This document shows positions 38,208 through 47,214 of a stretch of DNA of 64,000 nucleotides, piece by piece. The notes under the pieces are model-generated. The model had not been told where the DNA came from and did no database searches. It saw nothing but the letters and a program-made list of their open reading frames with translations. The stretch comes from Acidobacteriota bacterium (GTDB lineage: Bacteria > Acidobacteriota > CAIWXX01), in the NCBI GenBank assembly GCA_040755995.1, contig JBFMAF010000034.1, forward strand, positions 32,001-96,000, written 5' to 3'. The position numbers and the translations under genes were made by a program. How positions within the stretch are numbered: the first letter of the stretch is position 1; each line of letters opens with the position of its first letter.

Positions 38208-39422
38208 ATGGCGCAATGTCACTTCGAGGACATACTGGCGCGCTGTGCCCGAGAAAGAGACGAAAGCGCATTCTCTGATCTGATCGCCTTCTCCAAGGAG
38301 CGTCAGCTGTCCGTGGATCAGATCAGCCGTTTGGCCACGGTTCTTGCCGACTCGGGGGACAGGTTCAGCTCTCCACATCAGTGGCAGACTGCTGATATTG
38401 CCTCGACCGGTGGGCCAACATCTCTCTCCACAATCATGTCTCCACTTCATCTGCGCTGCCTTGGCTCTCATGTGATCTCATTGGGGGTCCCTGGGCGCCC
38501 GGCTGGCGCGGTAGACGTCCTCGCCCAGATTCCCCGCTACAAGGTGCACCTCTCAAGAGGTGACGCACAGGCGGTTCTGGCAGAGTGCGGCTACGTTCAT
38601 CTTGTTGCCGACAGTACTTTTGCCCCTTTGGACGCCGCCTTGTTTAGTTTCCGGCGCCGAACAAAGGCGCCGCCGGTAGGTGCCATCGCCGTTGCGAGTC
38701 TGCTGTCGAAGAAGCTAGCAGTGGGAGTTCGCAGTGTCGGGCTGGATGTTCGCGTGGGCCATCATGGGAACTTCGGTGCCACGCTGCCGGAAGGCAGGGA
38801 GAACTCGATCACTTTTTGCCGCACGGCTCGCAACCTTGGCATCCATGCGACCTGCTTCTTGACTGATGGAACGATGGCCTACCAGCCCTATGTCGGCAGA
38901 TCCGAAGCACTTCTTGCGATAAGGGCCTTGATCGACGGCACTGCCTCACAATGGCTCCTAGAGCACAACCATCTATGTCGGCAAATGGCCTTGACGCTGC
39001 GCGGGGGTTCAGAGCCAACGAGTGCACTCTCTCTCCGAGACGCCTTTACCGCCAACCTGGAAGCACAGGGGTCCAACTACACCAACTTCCTTGCGCAGGC
39101 AGGTCGCGTGGAAGCGGCACCTCGTTTTCCGATCCGAGCGCCGTTGAACGGCTTCGTGAGGATCGATTTGGGCACCCTCAGGCTCTTGCTGGGTAAGTGG
39201 CAGTCAGGCGGGGATTGCAGTGCATCCGAGTACCCAGACGCTTGTGGCGTGACGTTGGTTCGACAATACGACGAGTTCGTGCACACGGGGGACGTGATAG
39301 CCCTGGTACGATGCCCGCATGAGGCTGCTGCACAGGCCACCGAAGACCTCGCGCGTGCATTCGGGATATCCGACGTGCCACTGCGAGCCGCTACAACCGA
39401 GATCATCGAGTCAGTCGGATGA
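38208..39422 (+). CDS. Divergent thymidine/pyrimidine-nucleoside phosphorylase-like protein (NP-II fold)
   Basis: DIASTGG, DVLAQIP, FAPLDAALFSFRR, ASLLSKK, GLDVRVG align with DeoA/Pdp motifs; C-terminal PYNP_C-like segment. Confidence 0.8.
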   Translation: MAQCHFEDILARCARERDESAFSDLIAFSKERQLSVDQISRLATVLADSGDRFSSPHQWQTADIASTGGPTSLSTIMSPLHLRCLGSHVISLGVPGRPAGAVDVLAQIPRYKVHLSRGDAQAVLAECGYVHLVADSTFAPLDAALFSFRRRTKAPPVGAIAVASLLSKKLAVGVRSVGLDVRVGHHGNFGATLPEGRENSITFCRTARNLGIHATCFLTDGTMAYQPYVGRSEALLAIRALIDGTASQWLLEHNHLCRQMALTLRGGSEPTSALSLRDAFTANLEAQGSNYTNFLAQAGRVEAAPRFPIRAPLNGFVRIDLGTLRLLLGKWQSGGDCSASEYPDACGVTLVRQYDEFVHTGDVIALVRCPHEAAAQATEDLARAFGISDVPLRAATTEIIESVG

Positions 39423-42400
39423 ACCAACCAGGAGGCACCATGCTCAGGCAAGAGTACGCATGTTTTCTTCATCCGCGCAGCAAGGGCCAGAGCCTGGACG
39501 AGAAGTGCTCCGAGTGCGGTCTTCCATTCAGCTTTCCTCTGAGTAATGCCCCCGTAGAGATTGCTGGGCGGACCATCCGCCGAGGCATAAGCCGTGGCTT
39601 CTACGGCGCTGTATACGAGGCAGAGCATCGCACCATCAGGAACCGCACGTCCGCTATCAAGGTGATACCATTCGCCATCTACGCACCGGTTGAATCGGGA
39701 GGATACGGTAAGGACTTCTCGGCAGAGCTGCAACTTCATCAAGAGCTCTCGGCGATCGACTTGGTCGCAAGGCTTCTGGACGCCGGCGAATTCGAACTCT
39801 CCTTCAACAACGTCCGCATCCCTTGCCATTGGCTGGAGATGGAGTATGTTCGCGGCCCTACATTGAGGGATCTTATCGAAGCGGGTCCAGAGAACCCCCG
39901 CATCATTGCTCAGGTGGCATCCGATCTCTTCGACCTTGTGGAGCAGCTCCAGCAGCGCGGCAAGTTCCACAACGACCTCCATTCCGAGAATGTAAAGATT
40001 GTTCCCCTTGATCGCGGCCTGTGGCGAAGCAGTGCCATTGCCAAGAATGTTCAGACGAAGGTCCTTGATCTCGGCTCGGTCGCAGACGCATCGAAGTCCG
40101 CGCCAGCCCGGTGGGGGGATATCCATCAGGTCGCCAGCCACATCCTTTCACTCACGGAGGCTTACGAGCGGGCCATTCCGTCAGTGGAGCCGGGCGATCA
40201 GAGGATCGTCTCAAGACTGAGGCAGGCGGCTCAACACTGGTGCGCTGCGGATTGTGACTCGCGGCGCGCGCGCCCACATGACCTAAAGGCGAGCATCGCA
40301 GCCGCGTGCAGCTATGGCGCAGAGTGGTGGATGGAGTCTCACCGCCTTGATGCAATTGGTGCTCACATCAACGCTGTCACCATGCCCTCCCATAGGGCTC
40401 ATGCGCTCTTTTGCGGGCCAGCGGGATGGCGCGATGTAATGCTGGAATCGGGCACCACGTTGCTCACGGGAATGCGCGGCTGCGGCAAGACGATGCTGCT
40501 CCGTTCGATCCACTGGCAGGCCAGGGTATTTCAATACGATGGAGAGACAGAAGAGGAGGTCCGAGAGAGGGTCAACACCGACCGGTTTCTCGGTCTGTTT
40601 GTTTCCTGCGCAACGTTGCTTCGAGGCCCCCGGCCGACTCACATCCCGGAACTGGTGATGCATCGCCTGTTCCTTGCCTTCGCCCTCGAGGCAGTCCACT
40701 TCATCGAGACGTGTGACTTGCGGAAGATAGGATCGTTCGACGGCCATGGGTCTGCCAGGCTCTCAGACCTTGCAGCGCGTATCGCACCCTGGTACATAGC
40801 CCCGCAGGAACCAGCCGACCTCTACGCTTTGGAGGCGTCTATTCTCAGCGCGCTCAACAACGTCCCTTCGGAAAGTGGAGGGATAGCAGAGCTCAACCCG
40901 CGGGAGGCGTTCGAGGACCTCACCGCAGTGCTCCGATCCTGGGGCGATGTCGTCGGCAGCAAGAGATTGCTGTTCTTGTTGGACGATGTGTCGGTTCGCT
41001 ACATGTCCCGCGAGAATGTTGAGACTATCCTGAAGCAACTATGCTTCCAGAGCGGCATGTTCAGCTTCAAGCTCTCGACAGAAACACAGACACTGGCCCT
41101 GCATGCCCCAGGGGAGAAGCTTGCACAGGTTGGGCGAGACTATCAAGTCTTCGACCTTGGGGAGGAGGTATTCGCGATACTTCGGGACCGCAAGCAGAGT
41201 TGCGAGTTCTTTAAAGACATCCTGATGAAGAGGGCTGTCTCAACGACGAACCTGTCAGCCGCCCAGAGAGGTATGCCGGACATCCTCTTGGGACGGCTCT
41301 CTCTCACCGACATAGCAAGAGGCATTCGCGGGGAGTTCGGGAAGGGCAAGAAAGGCGAGAAGTTCCTTTACTGGAGCCTGGATGGACTTGTTGCGCTGTG
41401 CGTCGGCGATCTCGGCGACATCATCACCCTCTATGAGAGAATGGTCCAGCATGTAGCTCCCGAGCGACCCAGCGTGGCCCCCAACGTCCAGCACAAAGAA
41501 CTGATTGACTTTGCTGAAGCGCGGCTACGCGCACTCGCGGTGAGAGATCCCTGGCTGTACTCGCATGCAGTGGCTTTTGCCCAGGCAAGCAACCGGGAGC
41601 TGTTGGGCAGCACGCCGCAGCGGCTAAGGCAATATGCAGAGGTGGACGTGACCATCGGAATTGAGGCCGCGAACGAGCTCTTCCCCTTGGTCATGAAGCT
41701 TGTTGATGAAGGCGTCTTTGTGGCAACCGGCGCAACCTCCCGCATGAAATCGCGGGACGTGCTGCAGTTCAAACTCGCATTCCGAAAGATACTCGGGCTG
41801 ACCCACAGGATTCCCTTGAGCATGAGGGACCGCTTTGAGCTCCAGAATGCACGGCTCTCCTCATGGCTGAAATCGCCGAGCAGTGCCGTTCTGGAGAGCA
41901 GCCGTGCCGCTGATGAGACGGAGCCCGATGCAGAGCAGGAGCCGGAGCCTTCGGCGGTTGAGTTGCAGGCAGCTGAGCAGCAGCTGTCGCTCGCTTTCGA
42001 CGGGGAGAGCATGACCCGAGGGGATGCCCGAAAGCCCGATGAAGCACCTTCCATCGCGAGGGTGCTCCCTACTCCCCGTCTCCTTCACGACGTGACATCA
42101 CGACGGATACCACCCTCGCGCTGGGGTGCAGCACTGGCCAACTGCACTGTGGTTGCCGCCATCGGCTTTGAGGATAGGTCGATTGGGGCCTGGAAGAACC
42201 TGCTTGTCCGCACAGTCCCTAGACGTGCGGTCTTGCTGCGCTATCCTGACCCGGGTCTCATGAATGCAGCAAACGAGAGGATCCTGACATCGATGCTGAG
42301 GGAATCGACAGTTGACACCGTGATCGTCGACACCGGCAGTCTACCGTCGGATGATCTGGCGCTTTGCGTCGCGGCAGATGTCACGGGGTTGCTGGTCATA

Positions 42401-43120
42401 GATGTTACGTCGATGACAAAGGCGATTATCTTCGACTTGGTTCGGAAGGGATTGGTTGAAAGGCATCGCTTGGCGCTCTTGCATACGTGCGCCGATCAGT
42501 ATTTCCCAAGGGAGTCGGAGTTGTCAGACATCGCGGAGCAACTGACGATCAGCCTTGACAAGGTGCGCTCACCCAAGGGCCTAAAGGAGACCTTCGACGA
42601 GCTGGACAGGAGAGTCACCGGCACAAAGGGGCCATACGAATGCAATCAGATAGGAGAGACACACGCGGACCCCAGTCAACCCGTATTTCTTGCCGCGCTC
42701 ATTTCGCTCAAGCATGAACCTATCAGAGCGATACTCGAACAGGGCGCCGTCGAGCGAAGTGCGATGATCTATCCTGTCCACTCTGCGGGTAGGAGGGCGC
42801 GCCGTTCGGTGGTGGCGGAGCAACTGGCTCATTTCCTGGGCCAGATGTACCACGGAGATGCGATTCCCGCGAAATCTCTGGATCACGTAGCAGTGTATCG
42901 CGAACTGAAGGCGCTCCATCAAAGGTGGAGTCTCAGCTCGTCATACAATTTCGAGGTGGCATTGGCGGGGACCAAGATGCACACGGTTGGGGCGGCGATG
43001 TTCGCTGCGACAGCAGTGCCGTCGTCAGTGTACTATGCCAAGACGAAGGGGTTCGATGTCTCTGCATTCACGCAGGGCACGGGAGAGACACAGGCGCATG
43101 TACTGGAGCGGACGGAATGA
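39419..43120 (+). CDS. Multidomain protein: Zn-ribbon, Ser/Thr kinase, P-loop ATPase, C-terminal Rossmann-like region
   Basis: CFLH...CSECG; RGFYGAVY, AIKV, HNDLHSEN, DLG kinase motifs; Walker A GMRGCGKT, Walker B LFLLDD; ATGA overlap with upstream gene. Confidence 0.8.
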   Translation: MNQPGGTMLRQEYACFLHPRSKGQSLDEKCSECGLPFSFPLSNAPVEIAGRTIRRGISRGFYGAVYEAEHRTIRNRTSAIKVIPFAIYAPVESGGYGKDFSAELQLHQELSAIDLVARLLDAGEFELSFNNVRIPCHWLEMEYVRGPTLRDLIEAGPENPRIIAQVASDLFDLVEQLQQRGKFHNDLHSENVKIVPLDRGLWRSSAIAKNVQTKVLDLGSVADASKSAPARWGDIHQVASHILSLTEAYERAIPSVEPGDQRIVSRLRQAAQHWCAADCDSRRARPHDLKASIAAACSYGAEWWMESHRLDAIGAHINAVTMPSHRAHALFCGPAGWRDVMLESGTTLLTGMRGCGKTMLLRSIHWQARVFQYDGETEEEVRERVNTDRFLGLFVSCATLLRGPRPTHIPELVMHRLFLAFALEAVHFIETCDLRKIGSFDGHGSARLSDLAARIAPWYIAPQEPADLYALEASILSALNNVPSESGGIAELNPREAFEDLTAVLRSWGDVVGSKRLLFLLDDVSVRYMSRENVETILKQLCFQSGMFSFKLSTETQTLALHAPGEKLAQVGRDYQVFDLGEEVFAILRDRKQSCEFFKDILMKRAVSTTNLSAAQRGMPDILLGRLSLTDIARGIRGEFGKGKKGEKFLYWSLDGLVALCVGDLGDIITLYERMVQHVAPERPSVAPNVQHKELIDFAEARLRALAVRDPWLYSHAVAFAQASNRELLGSTPQRLRQYAEVDVTIGIEAANELFPLVMKLVDEGVFVATGATSRMKSRDVLQFKLAFRKILGLTHRIPLSMRDRFELQNARLSSWLKSPSSAVLESSRAADETEPDAEQEPEPSAVELQAAEQQLSLAFDGESMTRGDARKPDEAPSIARVLPTPRLLHDVTSRRIPPSRWGAALANCTVVAAIGFEDRSIGAWKNLLVRTVPRRAVLLRYPDPGLMNAANERILTSMLRESTVDTVIVDTGSLPSDDLALCVAADVTGLLVIDVTSMTKAIIFDLVRKGLVERHRLALLHTCADQYFPRESELSDIAEQLTISLDKVRSPKGLKETFDELDRRVTGTKGPYECNQIGETHADPSQPVFLAALISLKHEPIRAILEQGAVERSAMIYPVHSAGRRARRSVVAEQLAHFLGQMYHGDAIPAKSLDHVAVYRELKALHQRWSLSSSYNFEVALAGTKMHTVGAAMFAATAVPSSVYYAKTKGFDVSAFTQGTGETQAHVLERTE

Positions 43121-43147
43121 TGCGGCGGGCAAGTCTGAGGGGTAGTC

Positions 43148-43564
43148 ATGCCTGATGTCTTCGATAGGCAGAAGCGATCCGAGATTATGCGCAAGATCGG
43201 GCCCAAGGACTCGGCACCGGAGATGCGCGTCCGCTCGATCGTTCACCGCCTGGGCTACCGGTTCCGACTCCATGGTCGTGATCTCCCAGGCACCCCCGAC
43301 ATCGTGCTGCCCGGGCACCGCAAGGTCATCTTCATGCACTCCTGCTTCTTCCACGGCCATAGGGACTGCCCGAGGGCGACAATTCCGGCGACGCGCTCGG
43401 GGTTCTGGGAGGTCAAGATCGAGGGCAACGCCAGGCGTGACCGCGCGAGCCGCCGTAGGCTTAGGCGCCTCGCATGGGAGTGCCTGGTCATCTGGCAGTG
43501 CGAGATACGAAAAGGTACCGAAGAGCGGCTTCGGGCGAAGATCCGCAGGTTCCTGGAGGGGTGA
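43148..43564 (+). CDS. vsr: Very short patch repair endonuclease
   Basis: DVF..RS.IM, PE..VR, LPGTPDIV, HSCFFHGH, FW..KI..N..RD, IWQCE. Confidence 0.92.
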   Translation: MPDVFDRQKRSEIMRKIGPKDSAPEMRVRSIVHRLGYRFRLHGRDLPGTPDIVLPGHRKVIFMHSCFFHGHRDCPRATIPATRSGFWEVKIEGNARRDRASRRRLRRLAWECLVIWQCEIRKGTEERLRAKIRRFLEG

Positions 43565-43750
43565 AGGATGGGGAAGGGCATCTTCACGCCGGGCGCAACC
43601 GCCGCATGACGACATCCCATAGATCCGCTACCGCTTGACCGCAACGAACCCAACAAGTCCCGAGAGGAGGAGCGGCGACCGGATGTCCCGCTTCGCGGAT
43701 GCGGGGGGTGAGTCCATCTTTCGCGACATGCTCGCCGATCGCAGAGTCCG

Positions 43751-43805
43751 TGTGGCATACGGCTCAGACAAATTGACCCACTTTGCTCAGATAAACTGAC
43801 CCACC
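43751..43805. mobile_element. Orphan IS21-family-like terminus
   Basis: TG start followed by tandem 20-bp repeats GCTCAGAYAAAYTGACCCAC (43762, 43785), like IS21-family subterminal repeats. Confidence 0.55.
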
Positions 43806-43917
43806 TAACGGACGGCCTTTTTTGTTTCCAAGCAGCAACATCTGGGTCGAGTCTGGTGAGTGGTATATGTGTGGACGAATCCGGGTGGTCCGCATGCAGG
43901 GTGGGCGGAGGGGGACG

Positions 43918-44380
43918 GCGCACTTAGCGGATTGTTGACCGGGGATCTCGGAAGCAGATGACCGGGGGTTTGGGGAAACGTGACTGCGGGCGGTCACTTG
44001 GGGGCGAGACGGCGGTCAACAGTTGCGCAAACGCGTTGGGGGCCGCGTGGGACAGGGCGGTCATGCTCCCAGCTTTGAAGGAGGGAAAGGAATGAAGGCA
44101 TGGCAAGAAAGCGGCCATCCATCCGCCATGCACGAGACATTCTGCCACTGAGGCGCGAAGTCCCGGCTGGGTGTTCGAGAGACCGCCCGCAGCCAGCGCG
44201 AGGGTCGCGGCAAGCTCGTCAAGTACCTGCGCTGGCGCAGGCAGCGGAGGGTAGGGTGGTCGCTGCCGGAGGTGATCGCCCACGCCCAGCTGCAGCAGTT
44301 GCTCTCTTCCGCCCAGAAGCCTCCGCCGGTGGCCCCCGCCCGGGGGAGAGACTGGACGCTATTCAGGAAAAGCAACCCCG
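43918..44380 (+). pseudogene. Degenerate IS21-family left end plus frameshifted istA N-terminus
   Basis: Multiple TGACCGGGG/CGGTCA repeats, then RBS and MARKRPSIRHARDIL / LGVRETARS...KYLR...GWSLPE...QLQQLL, resembling the IstA N-terminal HTH. Confidence 0.6.
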
Positions 44381-44444
44381 CGTTGTGGAGCATAGAGCGG
44401 GGGCCACGCTCCGGACCACCATCGATTCAGCAGAGGAGCCCTGG

Positions 44445-45500
44445 TCACGCATCGCGAAAGGCACTGCTCTCCTTCAAGAAGCGCGCCACCGCCGCAGCAT
44501 GCCATTTAGCGAGCTCGGGAGGGAAGGCGTTGCCGATGAGCGCAGCCGCCGGGAACTTGCCCCGGCACAATTGGAAACGATAGCCGCGGCTGAACGATTG
44601 AAGGAGTGCGGCCTCACGCAAGGTCACGCATCGGTCCTCCTGCGGGTGTAGAAACCGCCCTTTGGAGGGATTCACACAACCAGTCGTGATGGTCGGCGCA
44701 ACAGCGTCCCATGCCATACGCCCGTATACATCCGAAAACCCGCGGCATCGTTTGTGACACGGTAAACGAGCCTCCCGGCCGAGATCACTCATGCTTCCGC
44801 CGTCCTTCGGGATGCTGCCAATCAGCCTCCTGGTACGGCTGGTTCTGTTCTCCGGTAGGTCGTGGACCTCATCTCCGCTGTCGCCTGGTCGAGGCAAACA
44901 GCCGATTGCGTCACGTACGGTGCGACGGACAGTCAAGGGATCCGGGTATGGGATCCTTGCGGCGCGTGCTGCGAGGAGGATGACTCTTTCGCGCCGTTGT
45001 GGCACTCCGTAGGCGGCCGCGTCGACTTCGCGATAGTCGGCGGCATATCCCAACTGCTCCAGGTCACGATGAAACCGATGGAATTCGGTCCGTCGCAGCA
45101 GCCCGGGCACATTCTCGAACATCACTGCCTTGGGCAGCATGCCAACTACGAACCGGAGGAAGTCACGTATGAGTCGATTCCTTGGATCGGGAATCGTCCG
45201 AGAGCCGTTCAGCGTCCGAAGGCGCGAGAACCCCTGACAGGGCGGACACCCAGCCAACAGATCCAGGTCTCCCTCCTGCAGGCCTAATTCATCCATGACT
45301 TCCTCGGTTGACAGTGCGCGGATGTCCGTGCGCCAGATCCTGACCTCGGGATGATTGAGGGCGTAGGTATCGGCGGCGAGACGGTCGATTTCGATCGCGG
45401 CCAGGACCCTGAAACCCGCCGCCTTTAGTCCCGCCGTCAATCCACCGCAGCCGGAAAAGAGATCGATCGCGGAATAGCGGGCTTCTTCAACGACCACCAT
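44445..45500 (-). CDS. dcm: C5 DNA cytosine methyltransferase
   Basis: DLFSGCGG, GCPPCQGFS, FENVPG, GVPQRRER, IGNAFPP. Confidence 0.95.
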   Translation of the reverse strand: MVVVEEARYSAIDLFSGCGGLTAGLKAAGFRVLAAIEIDRLAADTYALNHPEVRIWRTDIRALSTEEVMDELGLQEGDLDLLAGCPPCQGFSRLRTLNGSRTIPDPRNRLIRDFLRFVVGMLPKAVMFENVPGLLRRTEFHRFHRDLEQLGYAADYREVDAAAYGVPQRRERVILLAARAARIPYPDPLTVRRTVRDAIGCLPRPGDSGDEVHDLPENRTSRTRRLIGSIPKDGGSMSDLGREARLPCHKRCRGFSDVYGRMAWDAVAPTITTGCVNPSKGRFLHPQEDRCVTLREAALLQSFSRGYRFQLCRGKFPAAALIGNAFPPELAKWHAAAVARFLKESSAFRDA

Positions 45501-45524
45501 TGTCCCTCGGAATCCACTCTCTGG

Positions 45525-47195
45525 CTACGAGGATCGAGCGCTTTCTGCCAGCTCGCTGATCATCGCCTCGCTACGAGCTGTAGCAGCTGCCTCCTGACTG
45601 TGCGACCAACGCTCCGCCGCCTCAAGGAAGTTCTCGTCGCCTATGGCCGCGATCTCCAACTCTTTGTCGTGCTCCACCTGGATGATGAGCGGGAATCGGA
45701 CGGCTTGGCCGCTGATGATCCCCTGGCCCGGTCCGAATCCCGGGAGTAGACGGCTGTCGTCCTTGCTCAAATTCTCCATGACCTTCTCGACGAAACTCTG
45801 GTCACGCGGGTTCACCAAACGAAAAATCATGAACGTGTTGCACTGAGAAAGGGCCGTCTCGTCCAGGCGGCTTGGACGTTGGCTGACCAGCAGTAGGCCT
45901 GTGCCGAATTTGCGTCCCTCCGTGATCACCTTCCTGATGATCTCGAGCGAGGGGGTGTCCGCCTGCCCTTCGCTGTGCGATGGAATGAAGTTGTGGGCCT
46001 CTTCCACGACTGCCAGGAAGGGAGGGATCGCGTTCGACATGGAGGCGCGATGTTCGAATAGTTGTTTCAGCACGATCGACACTATGGTTGACTGCGTGAG
46101 GTGGTCGTAGCCGCCCAGGTACAGCACGCTCGCTTGGTTCGGCCGCACGAACCCGGCGGGATTCGTTAGGGGATCGGGCATGGGTTCAAAGGGAAACTGT
46201 TGGAGTGACGCCTGCTGCCGCAGTCTCTCATTGGATTTCCCCATTTGCTGTATGTAGCCACGCACAATTCGCAGTCCGCGTTTCACCGCGGGAACCGTAC
46301 CGGGGTGGCTCCCTTTCGGCAATTCATCGAGTTTCTGAACCAATAGTTGAAGGAAATCGTCAAGCCCGACTTCGGAACGGAGTTCCACCTTCTCGAGCGC
46401 CTCGTCGTATCTGTCCCTTTGTGCGTCTGAAAACCCCTGGGTCATTTGTGACACCAGGTATCCCACGAGATCGCGGTTTTCGGACTTCACACGAAGGTTC
46501 GGGTAATAGAGACGCACAGTTCGACTGGGGAATAAGTCTCGCCTCGTGTAGAGGCCTAGGTAGTCGCCATGGGGATCCAGAATCAGGAGGGGATATCCCA
46601 GCGTCAACAACTCCCGAATGATTCTCCGCGCTGCTACCGTCTTCCCTCCGCCCGTCATCGCAAGGATCGCCATGTGACGAGCCACGATCGGACTCGTCTT
46701 GATCCTCACTTCGACATTAGAACGGCCGATCAACGTGCCCAATTTCAGGCGTGGAGCATCTTCGTCGCCCGTCAGGATGGTCTTCACCGACTCGGCTGGA
46801 GGCAACAGCACCTCGCCTCCCGGACTGACAGGATAGTTGAGTGGGCGCATACGCTTGAAGTCACCCATAGGCGTCGCCCCGAGAACCAGCACTTTTCCCT
46901 CGACCTGGTCCCGCGACAGCGAGAGCACGGTGTCGCGGAGTTCGAGTCGCTCCTCGGCGAGCTCTTGGCCTGCCTCTGCCGGGAGAAAGGGGTTGAATCG
47001 GCCGAGTTCTACGATCCTCCCCCAAACCGCCACTCTTTCTTTCGTCAACGCCTCGCGATCGGACCCGGCAGGGCTGGGAACGTCCATCTCAGTGTACACG
47101 AGGTCCCCGAGTTTCGCCGCGTAGTTGCGCATGAAGAAACGGTACTCCTGAGGTGTCGTGTTGCCCACAACGGTGCCCACATGAATGCCAACCAT
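45525..47195 (-). CDS. herA: HerA-family ATPase/translocase
   Basis: N-terminal HAS-barrel-like region, HMAILAMTGGGKT, ILDPHGDY, VEEAHNF, EGRKFG, SQRPS. Confidence 0.9.
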   Translation of the reverse strand: MVGIHVGTVVGNTTPQEYRFFMRNYAAKLGDLVYTEMDVPSPAGSDREALTKERVAVWGRIVELGRFNPFLPAEAGQELAEERLELRDTVLSLSRDQVEGKVLVLGATPMGDFKRMRPLNYPVSPGGEVLLPPAESVKTILTGDEDAPRLKLGTLIGRSNVEVRIKTSPIVARHMAILAMTGGGKTVAARRIIRELLTLGYPLLILDPHGDYLGLYTRRDLFPSRTVRLYYPNLRVKSENRDLVGYLVSQMTQGFSDAQRDRYDEALEKVELRSEVGLDDFLQLLVQKLDELPKGSHPGTVPAVKRGLRIVRGYIQQMGKSNERLRQQASLQQFPFEPMPDPLTNPAGFVRPNQASVLYLGGYDHLTQSTIVSIVLKQLFEHRASMSNAIPPFLAVVEEAHNFIPSHSEGQADTPSLEIIRKVITEGRKFGTGLLLVSQRPSRLDETALSQCNTFMIFRLVNPRDQSFVEKVMENLSKDDSRLLPGFGPGQGIISGQAVRFPLIIQVEHDKELEIAAIGDENFLEAAERWSHSQEAAATARSEAMISELAESARSS

Positions 47196-47214
47196 AAGAC
47201 GTCCCTCCTCAATG

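Noticed and set aside
43762..43804. Tandem 20-bp repeats as a mini CRISPR array
   Set aside because: Only two units with a 3-bp gap and no spacers or cas genes; better explained as an IS21-type end
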